Below, in pieces: positions 34,672 to 44,346 of a stretch of DNA of 64,000 nt. The stretch comes from Geothrix sp. (GTDB lineage Bacteria; Acidobacteriota; Holophagae; Holophagales; Holophagaceae). The translations under genes and the position numbers were made by a program. Under the pieces are notes generated by a model. It was not told the DNA's origin and did no database searches. It saw nothing but the letters and a program-made list of their open reading frames with translations. Location of the stretch: contig NZ_JBATQW010000070.1 in NCBI RefSeq assembly GCF_049292215.1, forward strand, positions 14,597 to 78,596. Reading direction: 5' to 3'. Within the stretch, counting starts at the first letter, position 1; every line of letters begins with the position of its first letter.

Positions 34672-36870
34672 CTACTCGGCTTTGGCCTTCTTCGGGCGGG
34701 TCGGCTTGGGCTTGGGAGCCGCCTCGGCGGACTTCTCCGCCTTCTCCTTCTTGACGGGCTCTTTGGCAGAAGCCTTGGCCTTTGGGGTGGCCTTCTTCTT
34801 CACAAGAGCGACCGGCTCTGAAGGAGGTTCGGGGGCAGGGGTGGGCATTGCCGAGGGTTCCGGAACGGAGCTCACCTTGGCCCTGGGCGTGCGCTTCTGC
34901 TTGGGGGTTTCCGCCACGGCGGGCTCGGCGGTCCGGGGAGCCGCGCCAATCCGGGGCCTGGGGCTTGGCGTCAGCAGGCTGGCAACCAGGTCCGCTGTGG
35001 CCTTCGGGGGCTCGGGCATGGGCTCAGCCTCGGCCGCCCTGGGCTCATCCGAGGAAGAGGACGACGTGGCAGCTTCGCCTCGGTCCGCCCCGCCCTTGCG
35101 ACGCCGGCGCCGGCGCTTGCGCTTGGTGCCGTCACCCTTGGGCTCGTCGCCGGTTTCCTCGGCGCCATCCTCGGCATCCTCATCCTCGGGCTTGGCGCTC
35201 TCAAACAGGGCGCGGAGGCGCTCCCGCTCATCGAGGGCCGCCCGCTGTAGGTCGCGACGGTCGTATTTGAAGGCTTCCTTCTTGGCGTCTTTCGGTCCAT
35301 CGCCGTGGAGGCCCAGGGCCTTCTCGAAGGAGATGGGGCTGTCGCCGCCCAGGACCACGGTCTCATCCTCGGGAGCGCCCTTCTCGCGGTGGGGCTTGGG
35401 CGCCGGCTTCTCGACCGGGGCCTCTTCGGCCCGCTCGATCTCGGCGGACATCTCCCCGTAGCTCATGGACCAGTCGGCCTGGATGAGGATCCGGGCGTCG
35501 CTCTCCTCCTCCATCAGGGTCAGGTCGCTGCGCTTTTCGTTGAGGACGGCGGCGGCGATGGCCGGGGCCAGCTTCACGCGGATCTCGCCGATGCCGCCCT
35601 TGGCCAGGATGCCGTGCAGCTTGCGCACCACGGAGAGCGCCATGGCTTCGATGGTCTTCACCTTGCCCGTGCCGGCGCAGGTGGGGCAGCTCTCGTGGTT
35701 CACGTGCTGGAGGCTGGGGCGGATGCGCTGGCGGGTCATGACCAGCACCCCGAAGCGGTTGATCTTCCCCACCTCCATGCGGGCCTTGTCGGCCTTGAGG
35801 CAGTCCACCAGCTTGTCCTGCACAGAGCGGATGTGGGACTCGCGCTTCATGTCGATAAAGTCGATGGCGATGAGGCCGGCCAGGTCGCGCAGGCGCAGCT
35901 GCCTGGCCACCTCCTCGGCGGCCTCCATGTTGGTCTTGAAGGCCATGTCCTCAACGCCGTCGCCGGAGGTCTTGCCGCTGTTGACATCGATGGCCACCAG
36001 CGCCTCGGTCTGGTCCAGCACCAGGGCGCCCCCGCTGGGCAGGCCCACCTTGCGGCCGTAGACGCGGTCGATCTGTTCTTCGAGCTGGTGGCGTGAAAAG
36101 AGCGGCTTCTTGCCGCTGTAGTGCTTCAGCACCTCCAGGTGCTGGGGCATGGTGCGCTTGAAGAAGGATTGGGCCGCCCGGAAAGTGTCCTCGTCGTCGA
36201 TCTGCACCTCCTCCACGTCGGCCGTGAAGGTGTCGCGCAGGGTGCGGGTGACGACGTCGTCCTCCTGCCAAACGAGGCCCACGCCGTGGCGGTGCTTGTA
36301 GCGGTTCAGCACCTCCTTGTATGTGTCCAGGAGGTATTCCAGATCGCGCTGGAAGTCCTCCTTGGTCACCCCCAGGCTGGCGGTGCGGACGATGACGCCG
36401 ATGTCCTCGGGGATCTCCAGGGTGTCGATGAGCTGCTTGAAGTGGCGGCGCTCTTCGGTGGCTTCGATCTTCCGGCTGATGCCGTTCACGGGGTTGCCGG
36501 GGGTGATCACCAGGTAGCGGCCCGCCAGGCTCACCTGGCCGGTCATCATGGCGCCCTTGCTACCCAGCTCTTCACGGACGGCCTGGACGAGGATCTCCTG
36601 ATCCCGCTGCAGCACATCCTGGATGCGGGCGCGACGGCCATCCCCGCTCAGCTCCCGGGGCAACTCGCCCAGGGGCAGGAAGCCGTTCTTCTGGCCCCCG
36701 AAGTGGACGAAAGCCGCCTGGAGGCTGGTATCTACCCGGACCACCCGGGCCTTGTAGAGGTTGCCCTTGATCTTCTCGTTGTGCAGGAACTCGACATCGT
36801 AGTCGAACAGCACGCCGTCGATCAGGGTGGCCACACGGATCTCTTCCGGGTCCGTGGCGTTGATCATCAT
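34672..36870 (-). CDS. rne: ribonuclease E (RNase E/G catalytic core plus disordered K/E/P/A-rich tail)
   Basis: 732 aa from MMINATDPEEIRVA. S1 domain KGNLYKARVVRVDTSLQAAFVHFG. Catalytic core (IDFIDM, CPTCAGTGKV zinc link). Low-complexity C-terminus. The track ORF extension to 37077 is leader sequence. Confidence 0.9.
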   Translation of the reverse strand: MMINATDPEEIRVATLIDGVLFDYDVEFLHNEKIKGNLYKARVVRVDTSLQAAFVHFGGQKNGFLPLGELPRELSGDGRRARIQDVLQRDQEILVQAVREELGSKGAMMTGQVSLAGRYLVITPGNPVNGISRKIEATEERRHFKQLIDTLEIPEDIGVIVRTASLGVTKEDFQRDLEYLLDTYKEVLNRYKHRHGVGLVWQEDDVVTRTLRDTFTADVEEVQIDDEDTFRAAQSFFKRTMPQHLEVLKHYSGKKPLFSRHQLEEQIDRVYGRKVGLPSGGALVLDQTEALVAIDVNSGKTSGDGVEDMAFKTNMEAAEEVARQLRLRDLAGLIAIDFIDMKRESHIRSVQDKLVDCLKADKARMEVGKINRFGVLVMTRQRIRPSLQHVNHESCPTCAGTGKVKTIEAMALSVVRKLHGILAKGGIGEIRVKLAPAIAAAVLNEKRSDLTLMEEESDARILIQADWSMSYGEMSAEIERAEEAPVEKPAPKPHREKGAPEDETVVLGGDSPISFEKALGLHGDGPKDAKKEAFKYDRRDLQRAALDERERLRALFESAKPEDEDAEDGAEETGDEPKGDGTKRKRRRRRRKGGADRGEAATSSSSSDEPRAAEAEPMPEPPKATADLVASLLTPSPRPRIGAAPRTAEPAVAETPKQKRTPRAKVSSVPEPSAMPTPAPEPPSEPVALVKKKATPKAKASAKEPVKKEKAEKSAEAAPKPKPTRPKKAKAE

Positions 36871-37092
36871 GGTTTTCTTGGGGCTCAAGGAGGCTCCTCT
36901 GGGGGCCCAGGGTCCTGGCTGCGGCTTACGCCCGGCAGGCTCAGCGGCCTTGGGTGTGGTGATGGATTGGGATGGTGGATTGGGAAACCGAAGGGGGCCC
37001 TGCCCTGACTTCAGCCACCCGTAGGAAAAAACAGGATGGTCACGATCCCCGTGCGCGGGCGGTGCCTCGATCAGCACGCAGGATCTTCAAGC

Positions 37093-37121
37093 ATTAAACC
37101 CACTTATTTGCGGAAGGGCAA
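37093..37121 (-). promoter_or_regulatory. candidate sigma70-type promoter for rne (long 5' leader)
   Basis: Minus strand TTGCCC-N17-TTTAAT, about 220 nt upstream of the rne ATG. Among the few AT-rich hexamers in the 344-nt divergent spacer. Not experimentally testable here. Confidence 0.35.
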
Positions 37122-37148
37122 GCTGGTTCGGGGATGAAGTTACAGGGA

Positions 37149-37176
37149 TGTCACGTGCCGTAACAAAGGGATTCAC
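37149..37176 (+). promoter_or_regulatory. candidate Pho box upstream of pstS
   Basis: Three hexamers with exact 11-bp phasing: TGTCAC (37149), GTAACA (37160), ATTCAC (37171). They lie 39 nt upstream of the pstS ATG. They resemble the CTGTCAT-N4-CTGTCAT direct-repeat logic of PhoB sites. Confidence 0.4.
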
Positions 37177-37214
37177 CCCCGGAACCCAGGATCAAGACTA
37201 CTTAGGAGGCATCC

Positions 37215-38189
37215 ATGAGGATCCGATTCCTGGCCCAGACCGTTCTGGCCGCCCTGGTGGGACTGACCGCGACCGCCCAGACCGTCAAGGTGGACCCCAA
37301 GGTCACCACCTACAAGAAGGTCTCCGGCATCAGTGGGAACATCAATTCCATTGGTTCCGACACGCTGAACAACCTCATGGCCTACTGGGTCGAGGGCTTC
37401 AACAAGAACTATCCCAACGTGAAGATCCAGGTGGAAGGCAAGGGCTCGACCACCGCCCCCCCGGCCCTCATCGAGAGCACCAGCCAGTTGGGCCCCATGA
37501 GCCGCGAGATGAAGAACGAGGAGATCGACAAGTTCGAGAAGAAGTTCGGCTACAAGCCCACCAAGGTGGCCGTGGCCATCGACGCCCTGGCGGTGTTCGT
37601 GAACAAGGGCAACCCGATCAAGTCCCTGAGCCTGCAGCAGGTGGACGCCATCTTCTCGAAGAGCCGCAAGGGCGGCCTCGAGAAGGACGCAAAGACCTGG
37701 GGCGACCTTGGCCTGACCGGTGGGGCCGCCACTCAACCCATTAGCCTCTACGGCCGGAACAGCGCCAGCGGGACCTACGGCTACTTCAAGGAGCACGCCC
37801 TCTTCAAGGGTGACTACAAGGACACCGTCAAGGAGCAGCCCGGTTCTTCTTCCGTGGTCCAGAGCGTGGGCTCCGACAAGTACGCCATCGGCTACAGCGG
37901 AATCGGCTACCTCACCTCGGGCGTCCGCGCGGTGCCTCTCTCCGATGCGAAGAAGAACGGCGGCGCCGCCTTCGCGGCCACCTATGAGAACGCCCTGAGC
38001 GGCAAGTACCCGCTGGCACGCTTCCTCTATGTCTACATCAACAAGGATCCCAAGAAGCCGCTGGACCCCCTCACCCGCGAGTTCCTGAAGTACATCCTCA
38101 GCAAGGAAGGCCAGGAGACCGTGGTGAAAGATGGCTTCCTGCCCCTCACCGGCAAGATGGAAGGCGACGAGCTCGCCAAGCTGAAGTAG
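37215..38189 (+). CDS. pstS: phosphate ABC transporter substrate-binding protein
   Basis: 324 aa. Signal peptide, strong SD (AGGAGG). GSDTLNNLMAYW, EGKGSTTAPPALI and SASGTYGYF are PstS-family (PBP type 2) features. Followed by pstCAB. Confidence 0.9.
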   Translation: MRIRFLAQTVLAALVGLTATAQTVKVDPKVTTYKKVSGISGNINSIGSDTLNNLMAYWVEGFNKNYPNVKIQVEGKGSTTAPPALIESTSQLGPMSREMKNEEIDKFEKKFGYKPTKVAVAIDALAVFVNKGNPIKSLSLQQVDAIFSKSRKGGLEKDAKTWGDLGLTGGAATQPISLYGRNSASGTYGYFKEHALFKGDYKDTVKEQPGSSSVVQSVGSDKYAIGYSGIGYLTSGVRAVPLSDAKKNGGAAFAATYENALSGKYPLARFLYVYINKDPKKPLDPLTREFLKYILSKEGQETVVKDGFLPLTGKMEGDELAKLK

Positions 38190-38274
38190 AGACCTTCGAC
38201 TCGGGCGTGCCGGGGGAATCCTCCGGCACGCCAGTTTGTGGATCAGGCCCTGTTCCTTCGCCTCAAGAGCCGAC

Positions 38275-40449
38275 ATGCCCAGCAAACCCTCCCATCAGGC
38301 CCGAGCCAAACGCTTCGACCGGTTCATGGCCGCTGCCATTTCCACCGGCGGACTGACGATCATCGGCGCGGTGTTGGCCATGCTCCTGTTCATCATGAAG
38401 GAGTCGGTTCCCCTCTTCATCCCGCCCCAGTCCAAGGCCCTCGGGACCCTGGCGGCGGACCCCGCCGGCGGTGCCTGGGCCGACGAATCCGGCAAGACCA
38501 TCGTCCTGGCTTCACGGACGGCGGGCCTGAAGGCCCTCCGGCACCCCGAGGGCACGGCCCTGCCCGTGCCCGGTGACGGCCCCGCGCTGCCCTGGCGCAC
38601 CCTTACGCCGCTCAACCCGCGCGGCGAGGCCCTGGTCATCGGAGCCGATGCCCGCCTGTTCCTGACCCGCCTGGCCTGGTCCAAGCCGGCCGGCGAGAAC
38701 GACCCGGCCCAGTGGACCCTGGATCCGCACTGGCAGGGCGGCCCGGTCCTGGAGCAGGTGCCCGATCAGATCCTGCATTTCCGGTTGATGGAAAGCGGCG
38801 GTCTCGGCGGTGGTTCCTCCCTGCGGATCGTGGCCACCAGCCCGGAAGGCCTGGTCTGGGCGGAGACGGCCCTGGATGCCTCGCCCGCCCCACTGCCCTG
38901 GAAGCCCATCCTCCGTGATCCCTCCCTCCACGCCACCGCCGCTGCGTGGAGTTCGGATGGCCAGAACCTCTTCGTGGGCACCCGCGAGGGTCGTCTCCTC
39001 GACCTCGATCCCGAGAGCGGAGCCATCCTTTCTTCCTCGGATTTCGCCGAGCCCGTCCAGTCCCTCGGCTTTGCCCTCGGCCAGTCGAGCCTGCTGGTCG
39101 GCGGCGCCCAGGGCAAGCTGGCTGCCTACCAGCGGGTGCGGGTGAACGAGAAGTTCCAGCTTCAGCCCTTCCATGCCTTCCCCAGGCTCGGCGGGGCCGT
39201 GCTGGGTTTCCAGTCGAGCCTCCGGGACAAGCGCTTCCTGGCCTGGACGGCCACGGACATGGTCGTGGACCACCTGACCACCGAACGCCGCATGTTCTCC
39301 ACGCGCCTGGAGGGCCCGGGCGTCGGCGCGCTGGCCCCCAGGGGTGACCTGATCCTCCATGCCAGCCAGGCCACCGGCGCCATGCGCCTCTGGTCCCTCG
39401 ACGCCCCCCACCCCGAGATCAGCTTCGGCCTGCTCTGGGGCAAGACCCACTACGAAGGCTATGAGAAGCCCGAATACGTCTGGCAGAGCACCGGTGGCAC
39501 AGACGACTTCGAACCCAAGTTCAGCCTCGTCCCCCTGGTCTTCGGAACGCTGAAGGGGACGCTCTACGCCATGCTCTTCGCCTTCCCGCTGGCGGTCCTG
39601 GGGGCCCTCTACACCTCCCAGTTCGCCACCCCGCGCCTCAAGAACGCCATCAAGCCCACCATCGAGATCATGGCCGCCCTGCCCTCCGTGGTGCTGGGCT
39701 TCCTGGCCGGCCTGGTCATGGCCCCCCTCCTGGAGCGGATGGCCGTCGAGGTCATGGTCTTCCCCTTCGTGGCCCTCCTGCTCGCCCTGTTCCTCGCCCC
39801 CTTCTGGGGCCGGCTCTCGATGCCCTTCCGGAACGCCTTCGGGAACGGCCGGGAGGTGCTCTGGATGGTGCCGGTGCTCCTGGTGGCCGTCTGGCTCACC
39901 AGTCTGGCCGGTCCCTGGGTCGAGCGCGTCGCCATGGGCGGCAGCTACCGTGCCTGGCTGCAGTCGGCCATGGGCGTCACCTACGACCAGCGGAACAGCC
40001 TGGTGGTCGGCTTCGCCATGGGCTTCGCGGTCATCCCGATCATCTTCACCATCAGCGAAGACGCCCTCTCCAGCGTGCCCAAGTCCCTCACCTCCGCCAG
40101 CCTCGCCTGCGGTGCCAGCCCCTGGCAGACGGCTTGGCGCATCGTGCTGCCCACCGCCAGCCCCGGCATCTTCTCGGCCACCATGGTGGGCCTGGGCCGG
40201 GCCATCGGCGAGACCATGATCGTCCTGATGGCCACAGGGAACACGCCCATCTTGGACTGGAGCCCCTTCAACGGGATGCGCACCCTCAGCGCCAACATCG
40301 CCGTGGAGATCCCCGAGGCGCCGCTGCATGGCTCCCTCTACCGCGTGCTGTTCCTGGCGGCCTTCCTGCTGTTCGTCCTCACCTTCATCCTCAACACCGT
40401 CGCCGAACTGGTTCGCCAGCGCCTGCGCCGCCGCTACGAGTCCATCTGA
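38275..40449 (+). CDS. pstC: phosphate ABC transporter permease PstC, long form with ~400-aa extracytoplasmic N-terminal domain
   Basis: 724 aa from MPSKPSHQARAKRFDRFMAAAISTGGLTIIGAVLAML. C-terminal permease core with the EAA-type loop SASLACGASPWQTAWRIVLPTASPGIF. The N-terminal region has WD40/beta-propeller-like repeats (WSSDGQNLFVGTREGRLLDLD, GAMRLWSLD). Confidence 0.8.
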   Translation: MPSKPSHQARAKRFDRFMAAAISTGGLTIIGAVLAMLLFIMKESVPLFIPPQSKALGTLAADPAGGAWADESGKTIVLASRTAGLKALRHPEGTALPVPGDGPALPWRTLTPLNPRGEALVIGADARLFLTRLAWSKPAGENDPAQWTLDPHWQGGPVLEQVPDQILHFRLMESGGLGGGSSLRIVATSPEGLVWAETALDASPAPLPWKPILRDPSLHATAAAWSSDGQNLFVGTREGRLLDLDPESGAILSSSDFAEPVQSLGFALGQSSLLVGGAQGKLAAYQRVRVNEKFQLQPFHAFPRLGGAVLGFQSSLRDKRFLAWTATDMVVDHLTTERRMFSTRLEGPGVGALAPRGDLILHASQATGAMRLWSLDAPHPEISFGLLWGKTHYEGYEKPEYVWQSTGGTDDFEPKFSLVPLVFGTLKGTLYAMLFAFPLAVLGALYTSQFATPRLKNAIKPTIEIMAALPSVVLGFLAGLVMAPLLERMAVEVMVFPFVALLLALFLAPFWGRLSMPFRNAFGNGREVLWMVPVLLVAVWLTSLAGPWVERVAMGGSYRAWLQSAMGVTYDQRNSLVVGFAMGFAVIPIIFTISEDALSSVPKSLTSASLACGASPWQTAWRIVLPTASPGIFSATMVGLGRAIGETMIVLMATGNTPILDWSPFNGMRTLSANIAVEIPEAPLHGSLYRVLFLAAFLLFVLTFILNTVAELVRQRLRRRYESI

Positions 40450-42047
40450 TGAGCCGCCTGGCTGAACGCTTCCGTCAAGGTGGGATCTTCGTGTGGTTCT
40501 CCGGAGCCCTGCTCGCCTTCTGCCTGGCCATGATCCTCAGCCTGGTGGGCTTCATCGTGGCCAAGGGCATGGGCTACTTCTGGCCCCGCTCCCTGGTGCA
40601 GGTGCAGACCCAGGAGGGGCTCGTCCTCGGAGAGATCACCGGCCACGAACCCGCCCATGGCGAGGAGACCGAGAAGGTCCAGTTTCGCACTGCCAACCGT
40701 GACATCTACGGTCAGGACTTCCGCTGGATCCCCGGGGCTGGAATGGGCACCCCCGAATACCCGAAGGATGCCCTCCTCATCGAGCGGCTCGAGTACGGTC
40801 CATTCATAGGTCGCATCGCCGCCCTGAGCCATGAGGGGCGGCAGGTGGCCTCGGGCGCTCCGGCGCTCGCCGAGGCACTCAAGCGACTGCCTGAGGCCAA
40901 TCGGATCCGCCACCAGATCCAGTCCATCGAAAAGGGCCAGGTGGGCGACCTGAACCGCCGCATCGAAAAGGTCCGGACCAACCGCCGGCGGCTGGAAGCC
41001 AAGGGGAATGAAGCGGCCCTCAAGGCGCTTGACGCCGAGGCCGCCGGGCTGCAGGTTGCCTATGACCAGCTGCAGGCCAGCCTGGAGAAGATCCGGGCGG
41101 AGGCCAAGGCCTGGTCCCTGAACCTCGAGACGGTGGATGGCAAGCAGAAGGAGCTGCCCCTGGGCAGCGTCGTGCGGGTCGTGCCGGCCAATGCCATGGG
41201 CACGCTGGACAAGCTGGGCGTCTACCTCTCCCGGCTCTGGGAGTTCGTGGCGGACGACCCCCGGGAGTCCAACACGGAGGGGGGCATCTTCCCGGCCATC
41301 TTCGGCACCGTGATGATGGTGCTGGTGATGTCGGTGCTGGTGGTCCCGCTCGGCGTGATCACCGCCCTCTACCTGCGGGAGTATGCCAAGCAGGGCTGGC
41401 TCGTCCGCGCCGTCCGAGTGGCCGTGAACAACCTGGCCGGCGTGCCCTCCATCGTGTTTGGCGTGTTCGGCCTGGGGTTCTTCGTCTACGGCCTGGGCGG
41501 CAGCATCGACAAGCTGTTCTTCGCCGAGAGCCTCCCGACCCCGACCTACGGCACCGGCGGCATCCTCTGGGCCTCCCTTACCCTCGCCCTGCTCACGGTG
41601 CCGGTCGTCGTGGTGGCCACGGAAGAGGCCCTGGGGGCCGTCCCACGGTCCCAGCGGGAGGCCAGCCTGGCCATGGGCGCCACCAAGTGGCAGACCCTCT
41701 GGAACGTGGTGATCCCCAGCGCCACCCCGGGCATCCTGACCGGCCTCATCCTCGCCATCGCGCGCGGGGCCGGCGAGGTGGCCCCGCTGATGCTGACCGG
41801 CGTGGTCAAGCTCGCCCCGGCCATGCCGCTGGATGGCACCTTCCCCTTCTTCCACCTCGACCGGAAGTTCATGCACCTGGGCTTCCACATCTACGATGTG
41901 GGCTTCCAGAGCCCCAACTCCGAGGCCGCCAAGCCCATGGTCTTCATGACCGCGTTCCTGCTGCTGGTGGTGGTGGTCATCCTCAATCTGTTCGCCCTGA
42001 ACCTCCGGCGCAAGCTGCGGGAGCGTCTGGGGGGGAGTACCTTCTGA
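40449..42047 (+). CDS. pstA: phosphate ABC transporter permease PstA, long form with ~250-aa insert
   Basis: 532 aa. ATG overlaps the pstC stop (TGATG). Core loop [29 protein letters not shown]. The insert after TM1 includes a coiled-coil-like stretch ([47 protein letters not shown]). Confidence 0.8.
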   Translation: MSRLAERFRQGGIFVWFSGALLAFCLAMILSLVGFIVAKGMGYFWPRSLVQVQTQEGLVLGEITGHEPAHGEETEKVQFRTANRDIYGQDFRWIPGAGMGTPEYPKDALLIERLEYGPFIGRIAALSHEGRQVASGAPALAEALKRLPEANRIRHQIQSIEKGQVGDLNRRIEKVRTNRRRLEAKGNEAALKALDAEAAGLQVAYDQLQASLEKIRAEAKAWSLNLETVDGKQKELPLGSVVRVVPANAMGTLDKLGVYLSRLWEFVADDPRESNTEGGIFPAIFGTVMMVLVMSVLVVPLGVITALYLREYAKQGWLVRAVRVAVNNLAGVPSIVFGVFGLGFFVYGLGGSIDKLFFAESLPTPTYGTGGILWASLTLALLTVPVVVVATEEALGAVPRSQREASLAMGATKWQTLWNVVIPSATPGILTGLILAIARGAGEVAPLMLTGVVKLAPAMPLDGTFPFFHLDRKFMHLGFHIYDVGFQSPNSEAAKPMVFMTAFLLLVVVVILNLFALNLRRKLRERLGGSTF

Positions 42048-42049
42048 TC

Positions 42050-42955
42050 ATGAAACCTGGAGCCATCGACATGGAAATCGACGACCCCCGCCCCGTGCCG
42101 GAGCCTGCGCAGCGGCAGGTGCCGCCGCCCGAAACCGGCATGCGTCCGACCAGCTTCGTGACGCCCGGCCTGCCCCTGACCGATCCGGCCGTGCTCACTT
42201 CGCCCACCATGCTCCAGGTGGAGCGGCTCAACTTGTACTACGGCAGCAAGCAGGCCCTGTTCGATGTCGACCTGAAGGTGGCCCGCAATTCCGTCATGTC
42301 CTTCATCGGCCCTTCCGGATGCGGCAAGAGCACCCTATTGCGTTGCCTGAACCGGATGAACGACCTCATCGACGACGTCCGGATCGAGGGGCGGGTGCTG
42401 CTGGGCGACACGGACCTGTACGCGCCGGGCACCGACGTGATCGCGCTCCGGAAACGCGCCGGGATGGTCTTCCAGAAATCCAACCCCTTCCCGAAATCCA
42501 TCTTCGAGAATGTCGCCTACGGCCTTCGGATCCAGGGCGAGAGTGACTTCAAGGTCCTCGAGGAGGCCGTGGAGCGCAGCTTGAAGGGCGCCGGCCTCTG
42601 GGACGAGGTCAAGGACCGCCTGAAGGACTCCGCCCAGGGGCTCTCCGGCGGCCAGCAGCAGCGGCTCTGCATCGCCCGGGCCCTGGCCGTGCGCCCGGAG
42701 GTGATCCTCATGGATGAGCCCTGCTCCGCCCTGGACCCCATCGCCACCGCCCGCGTCGAGGAGTTGATCCTCGAGCTGAAGCGGGAGTTCACCATCGTCA
42801 TCGTCACCCACAACATGCAGCAGGCGGCCCGGGTCAGCGACCACACGGCCTTCTTCTGGATGGGTAAGCTCATCGAGACCGGGCTCACCGAGAAGATGTT
42901 CACCAATCCGGGACACCGCATGACCGAGGATTACATCACAGGGAGGTTCGGCTGA
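42050..42955 (+). CDS. pstB: phosphate ABC transporter ATP-binding protein
   Basis: Walker [10 protein letters not shown], signature [15 protein letters not shown], Walker B ILMDEP, PstB-type C-terminus YITGRFG. The start may be further downstream (the N-terminal ~45 aa are non-conserved). Confidence 0.9.
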   Translation: MKPGAIDMEIDDPRPVPEPAQRQVPPPETGMRPTSFVTPGLPLTDPAVLTSPTMLQVERLNLYYGSKQALFDVDLKVARNSVMSFIGPSGCGKSTLLRCLNRMNDLIDDVRIEGRVLLGDTDLYAPGTDVIALRKRAGMVFQKSNPFPKSIFENVAYGLRIQGESDFKVLEEAVERSLKGAGLWDEVKDRLKDSAQGLSGGQQQRLCIARALAVRPEVILMDEPCSALDPIATARVEELILELKREFTIVIVTHNMQQAARVSDHTAFFWMGKLIETGLTEKMFTNPGHRMTEDYITGRFG

Positions 42956-43620
42956 TGCGTCAATTCGACCAGGAACTGAGGGATCTGCGGGAAGGCATCC
43001 TCGCCATGGCCGGCCTCGCGGAGGAGATGATCGACCTCACCATCCAGGCCCTCACCGAGCGCTCCAAGGCCAAGGCCGACCAGGTGATGACCATGGACCG
43101 CGGTCTGGATGAATGGGAGCTCAAGCTGGACCGCCTCTGCGTGGACCTGCTCGCCCTGCGGGCCCCCGCGGCAGGCGACCTGCGACTCATCGCCTCCAGC
43201 CTCAAGATCGTCCCCGAGCTGGAGCGCATCGGTGACCACTGCTGCAACATCGCCCGCCGGGCCACCTATGTGCACCCGCCGATCCTCTCCGGTGGCTCCC
43301 TCGAGCGCCTGGGCCAGGAGACTCGGGGCATGGTCCGGATGGCCGTGGACGCCTTCATCGGCAGCGACGCGGGCCTGGCCCGCACCGTGATCCGGGCTGA
43401 CGACTCCGTGGACGAGCTCTACGGCTCGATCTACCGGGAGCTGCTGCGCCTGATGATGTCGGATCCCCTCTGCATCGAGCGGGCCAGCCACCTCATCCTG
43501 GTGATCAAGAACTGGGAGCGCATCGCCGACCAGGCCACCAACATCGCCGAAGAGGTGCTTTTCATCCTGGAAGGCCGGAGCGCCAAACACACCTACCTCC
43601 AGGGCGATACCTCAGAATAG
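42955..43620 (+). CDS. phoU: phosphate signalling complex protein PhoU
   Basis: 221 aa. Two PhoU repeats (ELERIGDHCCNIARR, NWERIADQATNIAEE). ATG overlaps the pstB stop (TGATG). Confidence 0.9.
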   Translation: MRQFDQELRDLREGILAMAGLAEEMIDLTIQALTERSKAKADQVMTMDRGLDEWELKLDRLCVDLLALRAPAAGDLRLIASSLKIVPELERIGDHCCNIARRATYVHPPILSGGSLERLGQETRGMVRMAVDAFIGSDAGLARTVIRADDSVDELYGSIYRELLRLMMSDPLCIERASHLILVIKNWERIADQATNIAEEVLFILEGRSAKHTYLQGDTSE

Positions 43621-43627
43621 GAACACC

Positions 43628-44332
43628 ATGCCGCGCATCCTCCTCCTCGAAGACGACACCGAAATCCGCCTGGGCCTTGAGCAGCATCTCCGCCGGGAGG
43701 GCTTCAGCCTCATCCCCGTCGGCACGGGCCGCGATGCCCTGCTGGCCCTCAACGCCAGCGGACCCAAGCTGGACGCGGCGCTGCTCGACCTGAGCCTGCC
43801 CGACATGGATGGCCTCGATGTCCTCCGGGCCATCCGGACCCACCCGACCCTCCGGGCCCTGCCCGTCCTCCTGGTGACGGCCCGAAGCGAGGAGATCGAC
43901 CGGGTGCTCGGCCTCGAACTGGGAGCGGACGACTACATCTCCAAGCCCTTCTCCGCCCGAGAGCTGGCGGCCCGGCTCCGGGCGATCCTCCGCAGGTCCT
44001 CGCCCTTCGAAGGCACCGAACGCGCCCCCCAGCTGTCCTTCGGTCCCATCGCCGTGGACCTGGACATGCACACCGCCCGGGTGGACGGCCAGTTGGTGGA
44101 GCTGACTCGCCGGGAGTTCGAGCTGCTGGCCTACTTCCTGGCCAACCCGCGCCGGGTGCTCACCCGCGAGAAGATCTTGCAGCAGGTCTGGGGGCTCGAA
44201 TACCTGGGCGAGAGCCGCACCATCGACGCCCACGTCCGGCGGGTCCGGGCCAAGATCGGCGAAGCGGCCGCCGAGTTCATAGAGACCGTGGTGGGCGTCG
44301 GCTACCGGCTGGGTGGGCCCGCGGGCTCTTGA
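43628..44332 (+). CDS. phoB: OmpR/PhoB-family response regulator
   Basis: 234 aa. Receiver ILLLEDD...LLDLSLPDMDG...LVTAR. Winged-helix LTRREFELLAYFLANPRRVLTREKILQQVWG. Position after pstSCAB-phoU supports PhoB. Confidence 0.85.
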   Translation: MPRILLLEDDTEIRLGLEQHLRREGFSLIPVGTGRDALLALNASGPKLDAALLDLSLPDMDGLDVLRAIRTHPTLRALPVLLVTARSEEIDRVLGLELGADDYISKPFSARELAARLRAILRRSSPFEGTERAPQLSFGPIAVDLDMHTARVDGQLVELTRREFELLAYFLANPRRVLTREKILQQVWGLEYLGESRTIDAHVRRVRAKIGEAAAEFIETVVGVGYRLGGPAGS

Positions 44333-44346
44333 AAAGAACCATTTTT

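Noticed and set aside
34672-35460. K/E/P/A-rich low-complexity region and overlapping ORFs (34571-35461 +, 34782-35270 +, 34971-35366 -) as separate genes.
   Set aside because: It is contiguous and in frame with the RNase E catalytic core. It resembles the disordered scaffold tail typical of RNase E. The overlapping ORFs are frame artefacts of the repetitive GC-rich sequence.
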